Source: Octopus sinensis (lineage: Eukaryota). From it: a stretch of DNA of 64,000 nt. The stretch is from contig NC_043000.1 in NCBI RefSeq assembly GCF_006345805.1, positions 51,832,001 through 51,896,000 on the forward strand, in the 5' to 3' direction. Positions 27,031 to 40,733 of this stretch are shown in pieces. The notes below the pieces were generated by a model that was not told where the DNA came from, did not search any database, and saw only the letters and a program-made list of their open reading frames with translations. The first letter of the stretch is position 1. Every line of letters starts with the position of its first letter. A program made the position numbers and the translations under genes.

Positions 27031-29488
27031 TGATGATATATAAAAAAACAAGAAGCTGCAAAAATTCTTTTTGTATTCACTTATTCACCATTACACATGT
27101 TTCATTTGTTAATAGAAACCACCAAGTTGTACATGCTGGAGAAACATGTAAGAAATTTCCTATTAGAAATTTTTCTGATCAGACAGAGAGTCAAATAATA
27201 CATTTATTCATTCAGTCATTCATTCATTCTTTCATTTATTCATTCATACATACAAATATATATATATGGTGTGTGTGTGTATATCTATCTATCTATCTCT
27301 ATCTCTGTGTATGTATTTATGCATGTGTATATATATAATATATATATATATATTCATACATTGTATATATATAGTATGTGTGTGTATATCTATCTATCTG
27401 TGTGTATTTATGCATGTATATATATATATATATATTATATATATATATATATATATAAAACTTTAATATAATAACTTTGCATTATGTACCTATATCAACA
27501 GTGATGTAGCTTAGATATGTTCAGCATATAGAGTTTTGCAGCCATAGGCAACATTTGTTATGATGTCCTATATTCATCTCAACTGTTATATTCTCCCTGC
27601 TTATAAAAATCAAAATCCTTATGTGAATCCTGAATGTACAGATTCAAAAAACATATTCTGCATTATTAAATGCCCTTCATGTATCAGCTTTGGTGTCAGA
27701 AAACAACTAGTTGCAATGAAGGAATTGAATAATTTTTACTTATTTTTAGCAAATGCCAATCTATATAAACATGGCATGTCCTACAATATTCATATTTATT
27801 TTGATATATTTACACCTCAGTCTGTTTAATTCAATTTGTCTACACAATATAAAGGCTGTAAACATTAGTTTATTGAGTTTGCTCAAAGGCTTATCCTTTG
27901 TAATGCATTTCTTGATGTACATTGGAAATATATATATGTATCTATATCTATGTCTTTTATGATTTCAATGGACAAAAGGGATTCAGTTCTCAGTTTTCTT
28001 TACTTTCTTTATCTCTTTTTATTTACCTTTTGTTTTTTTCATCCCACTTCTTTTGCATATGCCTTTTCGTTTTTCTTTTGTATTTTCTCATAGACTAGCA
28101 TTCTGTTTTTCAAATAAAGCAAGTTATGAAGGATCACTTGGAGACACAAGGCATGATATATAAATCTGCAAAACTATTGTTTCCACAGTGTGTAACTACT
28201 GACTCATACTTAAATACTGTGTATATCAATGGACATAGAAGTTATTAGAAAGCTCGATGGGATTTGAACTCAATAGATAAAGTATCAGAACAAACACTGC
28301 TCAACATTCTATGCAATATTCTGACAGAAATATTTTCAGAGACTCTGTATTAGAATGATGTATCAAGATAGTACATCATTTAGTGAGAAACAGGTATAAA
28401 AAGGGGACTCTCCCCAATAGCTGAGTCAGGAAGAGAAAAATAATATGGTTGAGACCACTACTCATCATGGATATAATCACCAATATAACCAAAAGCTTTA
28501 TGTTTTTATTCAGATCTTGTCTCAAAGTAACAAGCTGGCAGCAAGAACTGTTAGAGCATCAAGTTTGCTTTTCATCCTTCCAGGGGTCATAGAATAAAGT
28601 GCCAGTTGAGTACAAGGGTTAACACCATCAATTACCCCCCCCCCCACACACACACACACATTTTTTTTTAAATCACTAGCCTTGCACCTAAATCAGAAAC
28701 AATTAAGGTCTCATTTGTTAACCATAAATATAACTTTTCCACATCAATGATGTGATCTGAGTTACTCTTGTCTGGGCAGCATCTTTTTCCAGATCTCGCA
28801 TTAAAACCTAAGCTATCCCCCCGCCCCATTTACTCCACTATCTGTGCTAAGCTGAAAGCCACGAGGAAATAGACAGTGACTCACTGCCAATCTACTAGCA
28901 GGAGAATGCTATAGTTCAGAGTTGAAACAAACCATTGATCTTTGGAGCCAGTCTGATAATATCTGCTCTTCTTGGTCAAGGCTACATTCACCAAAAGTGA
29001 ATAAAAGAGAAGCATCTTTTAGATGTAATCATTCTCAACTTCAGAAACCCTTTGAATTGCCCTCTTAGAGAGCTGTTCCTTTCATAAGGCAGTGAAGTTC
29101 AAATAATTAATCATGATTAAGTTAACCACCATTAGGTAAGAATTTCTAAGTAAAAATATAGCCAAGTACGGGAATACAATTTTTGGACTCTGTCTATGAC
29201 ACTCAACATTGAAAGTTTTCATTTACTTGGAAAAATGATTTTAGTGAAGTATTGCCATTTTCTTTCTCTGGAATTTACAGAGAACTAGTATTTCATAAGT
29301 TCTATATGAAATTATGATATACCAAGTAAAAAGGAGCCAAAAGGAAAAATATCAAAAAAAATAAAAGCCACACAAAATAAAAGAAACCTTTTCATTTATG
29401 GCATGACATTCATCATACTTATATTCTTGGTTGCCTTTTATCTACACAGCACCAAGCAGGCAAGCCATTAATCAATTTGCTGGTCATA

Positions 29489-29526
<38 letters not shown>

Positions 29527-32194
29527 TTCTCTCCCTCTCTCTCATTTGTGTCTGCACATGTGTGTATGTGTGTGTGTGTGTATAACCAATAAATTGATTA
29601 ATTGCTTGAATGCCCAATACCTATATGTGGAATCTGACTTTGCATCAATAATTCATATGATGACCTTTCTAATAATATTGGAAGGTTTGCCAGCGAAATG
29701 TTTGTCAGATTTATGAACAAACTTTCCGTCTCTAACTATTGGGGTTTTGATCACAGTATTATAAACACATCAATATTACAGTATAACAGTAGTAACATTT
29801 TAAGGGAACAATGAAAATGTACTTTGAAGTTTCATTAAGTTGTATTTCTTTGTTTCATTTGATTTTCGTCTTCTGTCTTTATACTTCGATGGTTTTTATT
29901 ATTCATTAATTCTGATTCAGGAGGTCAATTCCCATCAACTGTAATTTAGCTAAAGACCAAAAAAAAAAAAAAGAAAAGAAAAAGGAAAAAAAAACCCTGA
30001 AGCCTTTATTATTGGCAGTCATTCACTAGATAAATAAAATGTTCTATATATTTCAAATGATCTAATATGAACAGAGATTTTATTTACACTGCTGAGTTTC
30101 GTTATTATTCTTAATCAATCAATTCTGACCTTGATGAGATATCTATTAAGCTTCCTGAATATTCATGTCTTTATATATGCTACATCAGGAAAAAAAAGAA
30201 AAAACAAAACAAAACACAAACAACAAATCTATAATACCAATAACTCTAGTCTTGTTTTTTTTTATTTGTTTTTGTTCTCTTTTTTTTTTTTTTTTTTTTT
30301 TCTCTTTTGTTTTCAAATAATCTGAATGTTAGTTGTTAAAAATAAATATATCGTAGTGATTTCGGTGGAGGAACATAGCTGTCAGAGGATTTTGAATAAA
30401 AACGCAATTTGAAGTCTGTAATAATTTTTAGTCTCAAACTGGATATCCATTTCATATTAAGTATTCACCACCTTTTGTAATCATTCTAACCTTTCTGAAT
30501 TCACTCCTTATGTTAGATTAATTTTCTTTATAATAATAATAATAATAATAATAATAGTTATAATAATTATATATATATATGTGTATATGTATATATTATC
30601 AGTGATCTACAGCCTTCATAATCATAAATTTCTGCAGTTCTTAAAATAGTTACTTTGTGTAAAAGAAAACAGTTTTAAAAATAGCTATAATTAATCACTT
30701 AACTTTCATTAGTTGGAGCTTGTGGCTTTTGCAATAAATAATAAAACGTAGAGTAAATCGTGTTGTTAATGAGTAAGAGTTGCTGACACCATTTATAATA
30801 GTTATGGCATGACCTTTGCAATTATCAATTTATCTATTTGCGAGTTAAAACAGATAAGAAGACTGAAACTGTGTAAAATAAGAAAACAAAGTATTGGACA
30901 CAAACATTTCTAAAAAGATTTTCTATATTTTCTTGTAGAAAAATTTGCATATTGAATTGTCTTGGCAATAAATAGTCAATGTATGCCAATGATGATGTTT
31001 CCAGTTTTAAATGATTATACAGCATGTTCAAAAATTAGTTTGTTAATTGCTTTCATTTGAATAATTCAGTAAAATAGATATGGTTGAGAAAAAAAAAAAA
31101 TTCTCAACTTTTCTATTTAAGCAAGATTAGAAGTGACTGGTGATTAATTACATGTGTTGAAATCTTTAATATTCCATAGATTTCATGGAAAATCATTGGG
31201 TAATAGCATTTATATAAACATTTATATAAGCAGAGCTGATACCACTTGACCTCTGGTTGTAACAGAGAATTGATGTAGATTAATTAGCTTGTCATGAAAC
31301 AAGTCAAGAATTCTAACTTAAATAGTTGTCAAGGTTGTTTTAATCTTTGAAACAAGTTGAAGAACTAGACTGTTAACTTTGAGTACTAAGTTTATGCAAA
31401 ACATCACAAGAACAATATTTCAGTGATTCTAGTAAAGAAAGCTTGTTCTTCTTCAAAGTGTCACATTAGGGTTAGATATTTGCCTTATTCTCTAAGATAG
31501 GGCTCCCAACCATTGGGCTGTACAAGGTTGCACAGGAAGAATAAATTTTAAAACTTCATTACCCCATGCATGTAAGCAAAAGCAGAGCCTTGTAATCACT
31601 CATCTTAGTTTGTTTGTCTGTGTGTTTGCAAAATTACTGGATAATAGCTGAACAGATTTTCACCACATTTGGAAGAAATACTCATTGCATGAGCAGCTCG
31701 AAATTATGAAAATTTGGTTTGATTATCTTCAAATATACATAGATATACGACTTTGTGTGTGTGTGTGTGCACAGTGATAGATTCAAGGGTTTCGTTTATT
31801 TATGAGTTAATTTCTTAATTTCACTGGAGTATAAATACCTATAATGATTAAAAAATAATCGAACTTACAAATTTCCCAATCAGCAAGTGGTCATATTATT
31901 CATATCCTACAACAAACTACAGCATGTTTGATTCACCTGCCATCATTGAAAGACGTTGAAAACACTTCTCAAATTCTCTGCAATAATCCTCTTTTAGTAA
32001 AACACTTACAAAGCTTAATTCAGTTCAATTAAAAAGCATGGATAAGCCACACATTGTAAGCCACACTAATTTGTGAAAACATTTTATCTACACACAGGGT
32101 ATACATCACCCCTCTCATGCCTTTTTTTCATTTCCATTTTATTGACTCATGCAGTCTGTGAGGTGTTTTTGCATTATATATATAATATATATGT

Positions 32195-32355
32195 GATGGA
32201 ATGGCTGTGTGGTAAGTAGCTTGCTACTAACCACATGGTTCCAGGTTCAGTCCCATTGCATGGCACCTTCGGCAAGTGTCTTCTACTATAGCCTTGGGCC
32301 AGCCAGAGCCTTGAGAGTGGATTTGGTAGACAGAAACTGAAAGAAGCCTATCATA
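32195..32355 (+). mobile_element. SINE-A 5' half
   Basis: Head through 'gaaactgaaagaagcc', then (TA)n. Confidence 0.88.
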
Positions 32356-32933
32356 TATATGTATGTATATAAATATATATATATATATATATGCACACTG
32401 CAAGAAATAACATTATTCACACAGAAGTTTTAGCTAGAGTGTGTGTATGTGTTTGTGTGCATGTGTGTGTGAAAGGAAATTATTTTATGACATTCTTTCA
32501 TTTGAAGAACCAAAGTTGTCAACTTGACATTTATGGGATCATATGATTGTTCGTTAATTTCCATAAAAATTTTAAATTTCCTTATGCTTTAAAGAGAGCA
32601 AAAATTGAAAGAGGATAAAATGAAAAGGTGACATTTGCTTTGAAGTGAGAGGAGAGCATAAAAGAGAGGAGAAATTGAAAGATGTACATATATATGAAAT
32701 GGACATGTGTCTCTGTATGTGTCAGAGAGAGAGAGAGAGTGATTGAGTGAGTGAGCATATTCACTCACTCACTCTCACTCTCTCTCATACACACACATGC
32801 ACATGTTCATACAAAAAAATGAATGCATATGTATTGATGTATGTATGTATGTATGTATACATGACAATACATACAGTCACTCTCTTTCTCCCTTCCTCTC
32901 TTTCTCTCTTTTTCTTTTCCTCTCACCCTCTTC

Positions 32934-32971
<38 letters not shown>

Positions 32972-33530
32972 TCCATTTCATATACACATACATCTTTCAC
33001 TTTCTTCACGCTGCAATTGTTTTCGTTCCAGCACACGATCTCAGATCAGGTCACTTGCTATGCGAGTACATCGCCTTAAAAAAAATCTATTCCTTGTTAC
33101 TAAGTTTAGGCTTTTAATCTTAAGCAGAGAATTATTGTTTAATTTTTTTCTTCTAACCTGTATTGCATCAACTGTACTTATATATTATAATTTTGGAAAT
33201 ATTCAATAATGTTGTTGTTATATTGGTTATAAAGTGATGAAAATTCCTTTTTTATGGGAATAAATAATCATTGATAAAATTTCTATGAAATTCAATGCAA
33301 TATTTTCTATTTTACACCAGTTCACCATAAAATAGCATCTATTTAAATAATACTAATATTCTTTTACTGCCAATTGCAGACAGAATTCACATACATTAAT
33401 TATTCTGTCATGAGACTAGTCGAGAATTCTAATTTAAATAGTTGTCAAATCTGTTGTAATCTTCAGCATGAGTTGAGAAGTAGAATATAAGTTACATCCT
33501 CATTCTCTCCTTCCTCATCACTGTTTTAAT

Positions 33531-33704
33531 CAGGGCTGTGGAGCCGAAAACAAAAACTTTGACTCTGACTCCTCTACTATTGGTACCTCAAACTCCTCTA
33601 TGTAATTAAGTGATTGTGGTCTATTTTACTGACTCCAACTCCAGCTGCCACATAATTGTTTTCGACTCTGACTCCATGGCTTCAACTCCGACTCCACAGC
33701 CCTG
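33531..33704. mobile_element. hAT-type MITE with 8-bp TSD, inserted in a SINE-C tail
   Basis: TIRs cagggctgtggag / ctccacagccctg. TSD gttttaat at 33523-33530 and 33705-33712. Subterminal gactcc/gactct repeats. Confidence 0.9.
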
Positions 33705-34529
33705 GTTTTAATGTTCACTTTTCTATGCCTGCATGGGTCAAATGGAATTTATTGAGGCAGATTTTCTGACACTTCTTGTTGCCAACTCTTATGTGGTTGG
33801 TAAACAAGCTACTTACCACACAGCCACTCCTGCACCTATGAACTAAGCCATGAACTTTAAGCAATAGAGTATTAGAACAAACACCACTACCATATCAAAC
33901 ACATTGAATATAAATGTAGATACGTATGTGCACGCACGCACACACACACACATGCACACACACATATATATATATACTTATATGTTTGTGTGTTTAAGTT
34001 CAGTTTATGTTTGATGTCATTACTTGCTTGTTCAAATGACACTTCAGTGCAGTGTATTACAATATATATCAAATTATTATCAGAATGAGCATATGAACCT
34101 AAAACTTGAGTATTGACATGAGGCTTTGGCAGAAAAATTGTACTCTATATTATGTACTGAGTATACTCTTTTCTGTTATTTCAAAGCAAGTTTAAGAATA
34201 ACATGAAATATTATAGTATATTCAAATTTTTTGTAAAATATATATTGACTGAGACCTTAATTTTTGCTTTAAAGTTCAGCCCCTTAAAGTTTAAGAAAGC
34301 TGTTTTGCAAAGTTTAAAGTTCCAGCCAACTTGAATTTTACAGTATATATTAATTTCAAATTTTGGTATAAGGATAGTAATATTGTGAGAGGTTCAACTG
34401 GTACTTATTTTGTCAATCCTGAAGGGATGAAAGTTAAAGTTGACCATGCCGGAATTTGAACTCAGAATGTAAACATGGATGAAATTCTGTTAAGCATTTT
34501 GCCCATCATGCTACCTTGATATATATATC

Positions 34530-34785
34530 AAGTCTTTTACATTTCGAGCCTACGCTCTTCCACAGAAAGAAACAAGGAGAGAAACAAAAAGAGAAAAAAA
34601 ATTTCTGTAGTGGCTACCAAAGCATTTTGTCTAGCATGCTACCTTAATTTCTCTCCTTGTTTCTTTCTGTGGAAGAGCGTAGGCTCGAAATGTAAAAGAC
34701 TTTTTCAATTCCTGAGTGTTATACTAATACATCTGTTTGTTTTCTACACCACCTGTCTTCGGTTTTTGATTTTTTCGTGAATTCT

Positions 34786-34790
<5 letters not shown>
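34530..34790. mobile_element. Penelope pLTR-like element in inverted configuration with hammerhead-like core
   Basis: Perfect 55-bp inverted repeat 34530-34584 / 34648-34702. Motif tcttt-CTGTGGA-a-gagc(gtag)gctc-GAAA-tgta-aaaga. Ends in (TA)n. Confidence 0.72.
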
Positions 34791-34825
<35 letters not shown>

Positions 34826-35267
34826 TAGGAAGAATAAATTAACAGGCAAAATATGTGGTATAACTTTAAAGTGTGGAATTTTTAATTCAGACGTAATTGT
34901 AGTTTTGTTACTATAGAACTGTTGGAGTAAAGGCTCTGATGTAAATAAGGGAGTTGTGCATAGAGTTATGAATGCATGAGAGTAGATAGAGACTAACTGG
35001 TATAGAGATGACATACATAACTTAAAAGTTAAAGGGGAGGAGTGATTCAATAGTTAGGTATGAGGAGGACAATCTGTATAATAGCAAAAAAACAACACCA
35101 GTAGTGGCAATGTCCTGTGTGGGCTAGAATTATCTGGTAGCCGAAGTGGGTAGAGTAGTTTTTGAGGGTTGCAAACAAAATTATTAAGAAAGTCTTCTGA
35201 CAATTGTAGTTTAGCATAGTGATTCAAGCATGGTGTGTGGTGGGGAAGGAATTATATATATATATAT

Positions 35268-35457
35268 AGGGAGAGTTTACGAAAAAACAAAAGACGAAGA
35301 CAGGGTGTACAAAACAAACAGATGTATTAGTATAACGCTCAGGAATAGAAAAAGTCTTTTATGTTTTGAGCCTACGCTCTTCTACAGAAAGAGACACAGA
35401 AAGAAACAAGGAGAGAAAAAAATGTGTGTAGTGGCTAACAATCAATCATGGCGACTG
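35268..35457 (-). mobile_element. Second copy of the same pLTR-like family
   Basis: Reverse complement aligns with 34648-34790. Adjacent to (TA)n. Confidence 0.75.
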
Positions 35458-35499
35458 GCAAATTATATATGTATGTGTGTGGGTGTCTTAGTTGTGGGG

Positions 35500-36320
35500 A
35501 TCTTTATGATTCAGGCAGTTGGAATGTGGAATATAATTTCTCACAGATCAATGTATGTATCAATTATGCAATGATGTCTGATAAAGTGATCTGTTTATTT
35601 TGTTGTCTTATGTAAAACATTAGTAAGCAAATAAATAACCATTCTATGGAAACATACATATCATAACTGAATAATTGATTCCATTCATATTCACTTATTA
35701 TTATTATTCATTTATTTTATATATGATTATGAGTTGGTTGACCAAAAGGTTTTATGTGTTTTTCTTTTGTTGTTCAGTAGACACAGTGAGTCTGAGATAA
35801 TGAAATGATTGTTTAGTGTGTTTATGTGGTATTGAATTCTTTTTAATTGAATGTTAACTTGATCACTTAATTGGTTGATTGGTCTGGTCATGTAGTTGAG
35901 ATCAATAATCTTTTTTGTTTTAGTTATTAGGAAGCAGTTCCATTTAAGAGTAACTCACATGGTTAATAATGTTGGTGATGATGTCCACTGTTTTTGCCAG
36001 GCATCAACTGTTGGTGCTACTTCCATATTGATCGTAGGATTGGGTGTGTGACATGTTTTAACATATGAAAGGCAGTATACCTGGCTATATTTTTAATGGT
36101 ATCCATTTTTAAACATCAGTAATCCAAGCAGGATTGGGTCTGCTTTGAAGTCAGTTAACAAAAAGTTTAGTAAATGGTTATAAGTTGCAGTGAGTTCAGG
36201 TCTTTTCTTTAGGATTGAATTGAAATGGCTGATAATATGTGGTTTTTCTGCAAAGCACTAGCTGCAAACCTTGAATCTTTTTCTGTGTGCTAATGCTCTA
36301 TCTATCAATGTGATTTATAT
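35500..36320 (-). pseudogene. Possible highly decayed Penelope-like RT C-terminal/GIY-YIG remnant
   Basis: Minus-strand fragments ITLIDRAL...RFKVCS and LMFKNGY resemble the PLE 'RA..ICS...NGYP' region. Many stops. Confidence 0.3.
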
Positions 36321-36705
36321 TTATCCCTACATCCTTCAATTACCCCCCACACACACACACACACACATGCAAACATGTACACACATTTTAATACTCAGTG
36401 TTAAAAAAGTTAGACTGCCACATGAGTAATAAATTGAACTCTTGTCAGTAGGAAAATGATTCTAAAAGTGCTTCCAAATATGAGAGAATGTTCTAGTTTA
36501 TTAATTTATTTCAGTTTCATTTTGATGCTGTAACTTGAACTTCTACTGAACAGCATTTGTAGGGGGTTATTATAATCATTTACTGGCTTGTTTTTTTATT
36601 GCTTAAGAGAATACTACAAGTATGGTATTTAAGAAGGTAACCAACTTCTTATAAAGCTAAATCCAATTCCCATGAACCTACATAGAAAGCATCCATCCAT
36701 CCATC

Positions 36706-36746
<41 letters not shown>

Positions 36747-36957
36747 TTAATCCAAACATGAAAGCACAAAGAGAAAACACAACAATGCAAGGACGTGGAA
36801 CAAGTATAGTGTTATTGGACGCTCAAGAAAGGAAAGAAAGAAGGAGGATTTAACGTTTTGAGTGGAGCTCTTCGTCAGAAACATAGAAAAAGGAAAGATC
36901 CAAGGAAGGGAAGATGGAGAAAAATAAAATCGCCAGTGATACACATGCAGTCAAATA
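36747..36957 (-). mobile_element. pLTR-like element with minimal hammerhead core (CUGACGA)
   Basis: Minus strand 36850-36882 reads gttt-CTGACGA-a-gagc(tcc)actc-aAAA-CGTT-aaat. Flanked by (TA)n/(GA)n. Confidence 0.7.
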
Positions 36958-39266
36958 TATATATTTATATATATGATGAAGTTTTTATAACATAATTGAA
37001 GGGGGAAATCTTAGAAATAATACTATTGAATGTCATTCAAAAATTCTTTCTAATAACTCCAATTCCGTTTTGGCTTTCAATATGTCACATGCACATGCAT
37101 ATATGCACACACACACACACACATTACATGGTAATTTTGCATTTAAAACCTATTTAGTTTCGAGATTGCTTTCAGATCCTAATCTTTCTTTTGTTTCTCA
37201 CCAGCAATGCTTTTGAGAATCATGGACTTCAGTAAATACCTCATTTTATTGAATTAAGATTTTAAACTAAAAGCAAAAGCGGGGAAAAAAAAAAAAATAT
37301 ATATATATATATGACTAAAGTATTGTAATCAATTAAATTACCAATTTTCTTGTTTATAACAAGAGTTTATTTATCTTTACATTCTAAATTTAGATTTATT
37401 TCAAAGTGTCTAAGAATCTGATTTGTGTGCTCTTTCGATCAATTAAGCCTAATTTTTTTTTCTTTTTTTTTTTGCTGTATTTTCTGTGTAAAACCAAATC
37501 TTTTGTTGCTTGTTGGTTAGATTGATTTATATTCAATGTTTGCACTTGCCATTAATAGGAAGATCAATAAGTTATTGGGAAAACAACAACAACAACAGCA
37601 AGGAGTTCTGTCTTTTCCACAACTAACACATTCTCTTATTTGGCCTCAAGTAAATAAGCTTAGCAAAATAGGCAAATAGTAATTATCTTTTGTAAGAGTC
37701 ATAACTTGCTAATCTTCTTTTCTGGAACATAAGAAGTTTGCTATATGCCCCTGCCCGTACATACTAATAGAAAGAAAAATTACATTATATCCAAACATAG
37801 TTTCAATTTATGATTCCTATTGTATCAGTGCAATCTAGCCAATAGGTTACTACAAATGATGGCATGTTACTGCTAATGTTTCATAAGATCTCTGAAATGA
37901 AAGAAGAGGCATGTTTAGGCAGGTTAACATGAGAGGGATTATTTCACAATAGACCTAATCTATCATCGTTTCTCTGTTTCTTCAAATTGCATTATGATTA
38001 TCAATTACATTTTAAATTTTAGAGATTTTTATATTTTGGTCTGAACACAGCAGACACATTTAATAGGTTATTAGACAATGCTCACCAGTTTTCACAGATT
38101 CTAGATTTTACTCCATTAGATTATCTGTCAGATATATGGTGTGGAGGTCATATACTGTTACTAATACATTGATGTGTCTGCAATCAGGAGATTCAACTTT
38201 CAATAGTTGATTTCATCTAACTATAAGTGGATAATGCAGTGTAGTATATACAGCCATAACAGCATTGTGAAGTTGACAAATGTTTTAGTTGCTCTCATTG
38301 TTAGCCTTGATCAAAGCAACAGGATATTACTCTGGTGTATTCCTTCCTTGAATTATTATTGCCATTTAATCAGAGCTTATGTACTATAGCTACTATATAT
38401 TAATTGTATGCTGATCCAGCAGACCAAGGGTCAAAGGCATTCTAAGCAGTTGCTAGTCTGTCTTTTTTCAAGCTTTGTTTATCCAGAACTGTATTATCAA
38501 ATGTGTTATTAGCTTGAGGTTGTGCTTAAAAGGAAGATTTAGTTGTCAATTACAGAAGTTCAAGTGACTTCACAGAGGTCACCACAATGGTTCACTTAAA
38601 TCATCGCATGCAGGGATGTTTCTAATACTCTATAGTCTCCAGAACTAATCATAGTCACCTTTGTATTTTGCAAAGATATCATAATATGCCATTATAATCA
38701 CTAATCGATACATATAGCACAGTGTTCAATTCTTGTGTGAAAAGATTCAAAATTCAGTATCAAGCATATTTCCATATAAATCTACAAGTGTCCAAGCATC
38801 AATGGTGTTTTGTATATTTAACATGGAAGGGCAGCAATTTAACAAAGAAAGTAATTTACCCAAGGTAACTGTGTGATGTGTTTCGAAATAAACACAAGAA
38901 ACATAAGTCACTCCCTTCTCTGCTACCTTTTTTTTTATACATCAAGTGAACTATAAACTCCTTAGAAGCCTGTCTAACATTTACTAGAATAAAACAAAAG
39001 ATATAAAGCTATTATATTTATTTAACTGCAATTTAGCTCTATGGTAGGAATGAATTAGTACTGATCAAAATGCTTTGTGGCGTTTAATCACCTTTCCCTT
39101 ACATTCTGTGTTTGAATGCCACCTAAGTCAGTTTTGTCTTTCATCCATCTGGATTCAATCATATAATACCCAATCAAGTTCTAGTATTGTTCTCATTGAT
39201 CGTTTCTTCCTCTCCAAATTTATGACCTTTTTCCCATATTAGATACCATAAATGTAATAGAAACTA

Positions 39267-39675
39267 GGCGCAGGAGTGGCTGTGTGGTAAGTAGCTTGCT
39301 AACCGACCACATGGTTCCGGGTTCAGTCCCACTGCGTGGCATCTTGGGCAAGTGTCTTCTGCTATAGCCCCAGGTCGACCAATGCCTTGTGAGTGGATTT
39401 GGTAGATGGAAACTGAAAAAAGCCTGTCGTATATATGTATATATATGTATGTGTGTATATGTGCTTGTGTGTCTGTGTTTGTCCCCCTAGCATTGCTTGA
39501 CAACCGATGCTGGTGTGTTTACGTCCCCGTTACTTAGCGGTACGGCAAAAGAGACCGATAGAATAAGTACTGGGCTTAGAAAAGAATAAGTGCCGGGGTC
39601 AAGTTGCTCGATTAAAGGTGGTGCTCCAGCATGGCCGCAGTCAAATGACTGAAACAAGTAAAAGAGTAAAGAGAG
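39267..39675 (+). mobile_element. SINE-A, best-preserved copy
   Basis: tRNA-like head (tggctgtgtgg A-box-like, ggttcagtccc B-box-like), 'cttgggcaagtg' CORE-like motif, CpG-rich, tail aaagagt. Confidence 0.95.
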
Positions 39676-40506
39676 TGTTTTCTTAGAAATGGTATAGCAG
39701 CGGATTAAAAGGTTTTCTTGACACTGTCAACTTGGCTCTTTAGTATAAGTCTTGTCTTTGCCTTTTATCTTCCCTTACAAATTTGCTTTATGAGTGACAT
39801 TTTGAACTATGAAAATTAAATGTAATTTCAACAGGTTTTACTTATTTATTCTTTTTTTTACTGATATAAATATAAAGATAGTTCAAGAAAGAGTTTACGC
39901 ATTATAATAACATTACAATTCTGAGTAGCACACATTATATTTTTGTTCCACAGAGAATCAGATATGAAGAATTGCATGCTGCTCTAAATTTATGATTTGT
40001 AGTTTCACTTCATTGTCTTCCTACAACATATTACTTCATCCCAAATTAAATTAACTCAGTTAATATTTCATTTTAATTGTTCAGGGAAATGGGTGCTAGA
40101 GAGATATTTGTTATTGAGTGAAAAGATTCTGAATGTTATTTTGAGTTCACTACCTTGGGGAACAATAAGAAATGGCAAGGAATATTTTTTTAGAATAAAT
40201 GCATAATAGAGCAGGGACCTTGGTGAATTTGAGACTATTTTCCTATAAAAAGTGGAAAGAAGGTGAGTGAAAGAAAGAAGAAACAGAAACTTGAATGTGA
40301 CTGTGTGAAGACACATGTATGTATAGAGATATGCAAATACAGACCTGTGCACACACACATACTCCAGCAACTATGAACAAACAATTAATTACTTTATCAC
40401 TCAATAAAAGAAACCTTAACATCTTTGCTTGACCTGCTAAAAATAGTAGCTATATCTCTTTTCAAATCACAGGCAACTCACTTCTGAAAGGAAAGGCATA
40501 GGACTG

Positions 40507-40733
40507 CGCTGGCAGAAATGTTAACACGCCGGGCGAAATGCTTAGCGGTATTTTGTCTGCCACTACGTTCTGAGTTCAAATTCTGCCGAGGTCAACTTTG
40601 CCTTTCATCCTTTTGGGGTCAATTAAATAAGTACCAGTTATGCACTGGTGTCGATACAATCGGCTTACTCCATTTGTCTGACCTTGTTTGTCCTCTCTGT
40701 GTTTAGCCCCCTGTGGTTAATAAAGAAATAAGT
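40507..40733 (+). mobile_element. SINE-B
   Basis: Near-identical to 14321-14553. Confidence 0.92.

Noticed and set aside
33000-33080. Possible exon after a pyrimidine tract (…ttccag CACACGATCTCAG…)
   Set aside because: No CUB-like peptide and no convincing donor in a compatible phase.
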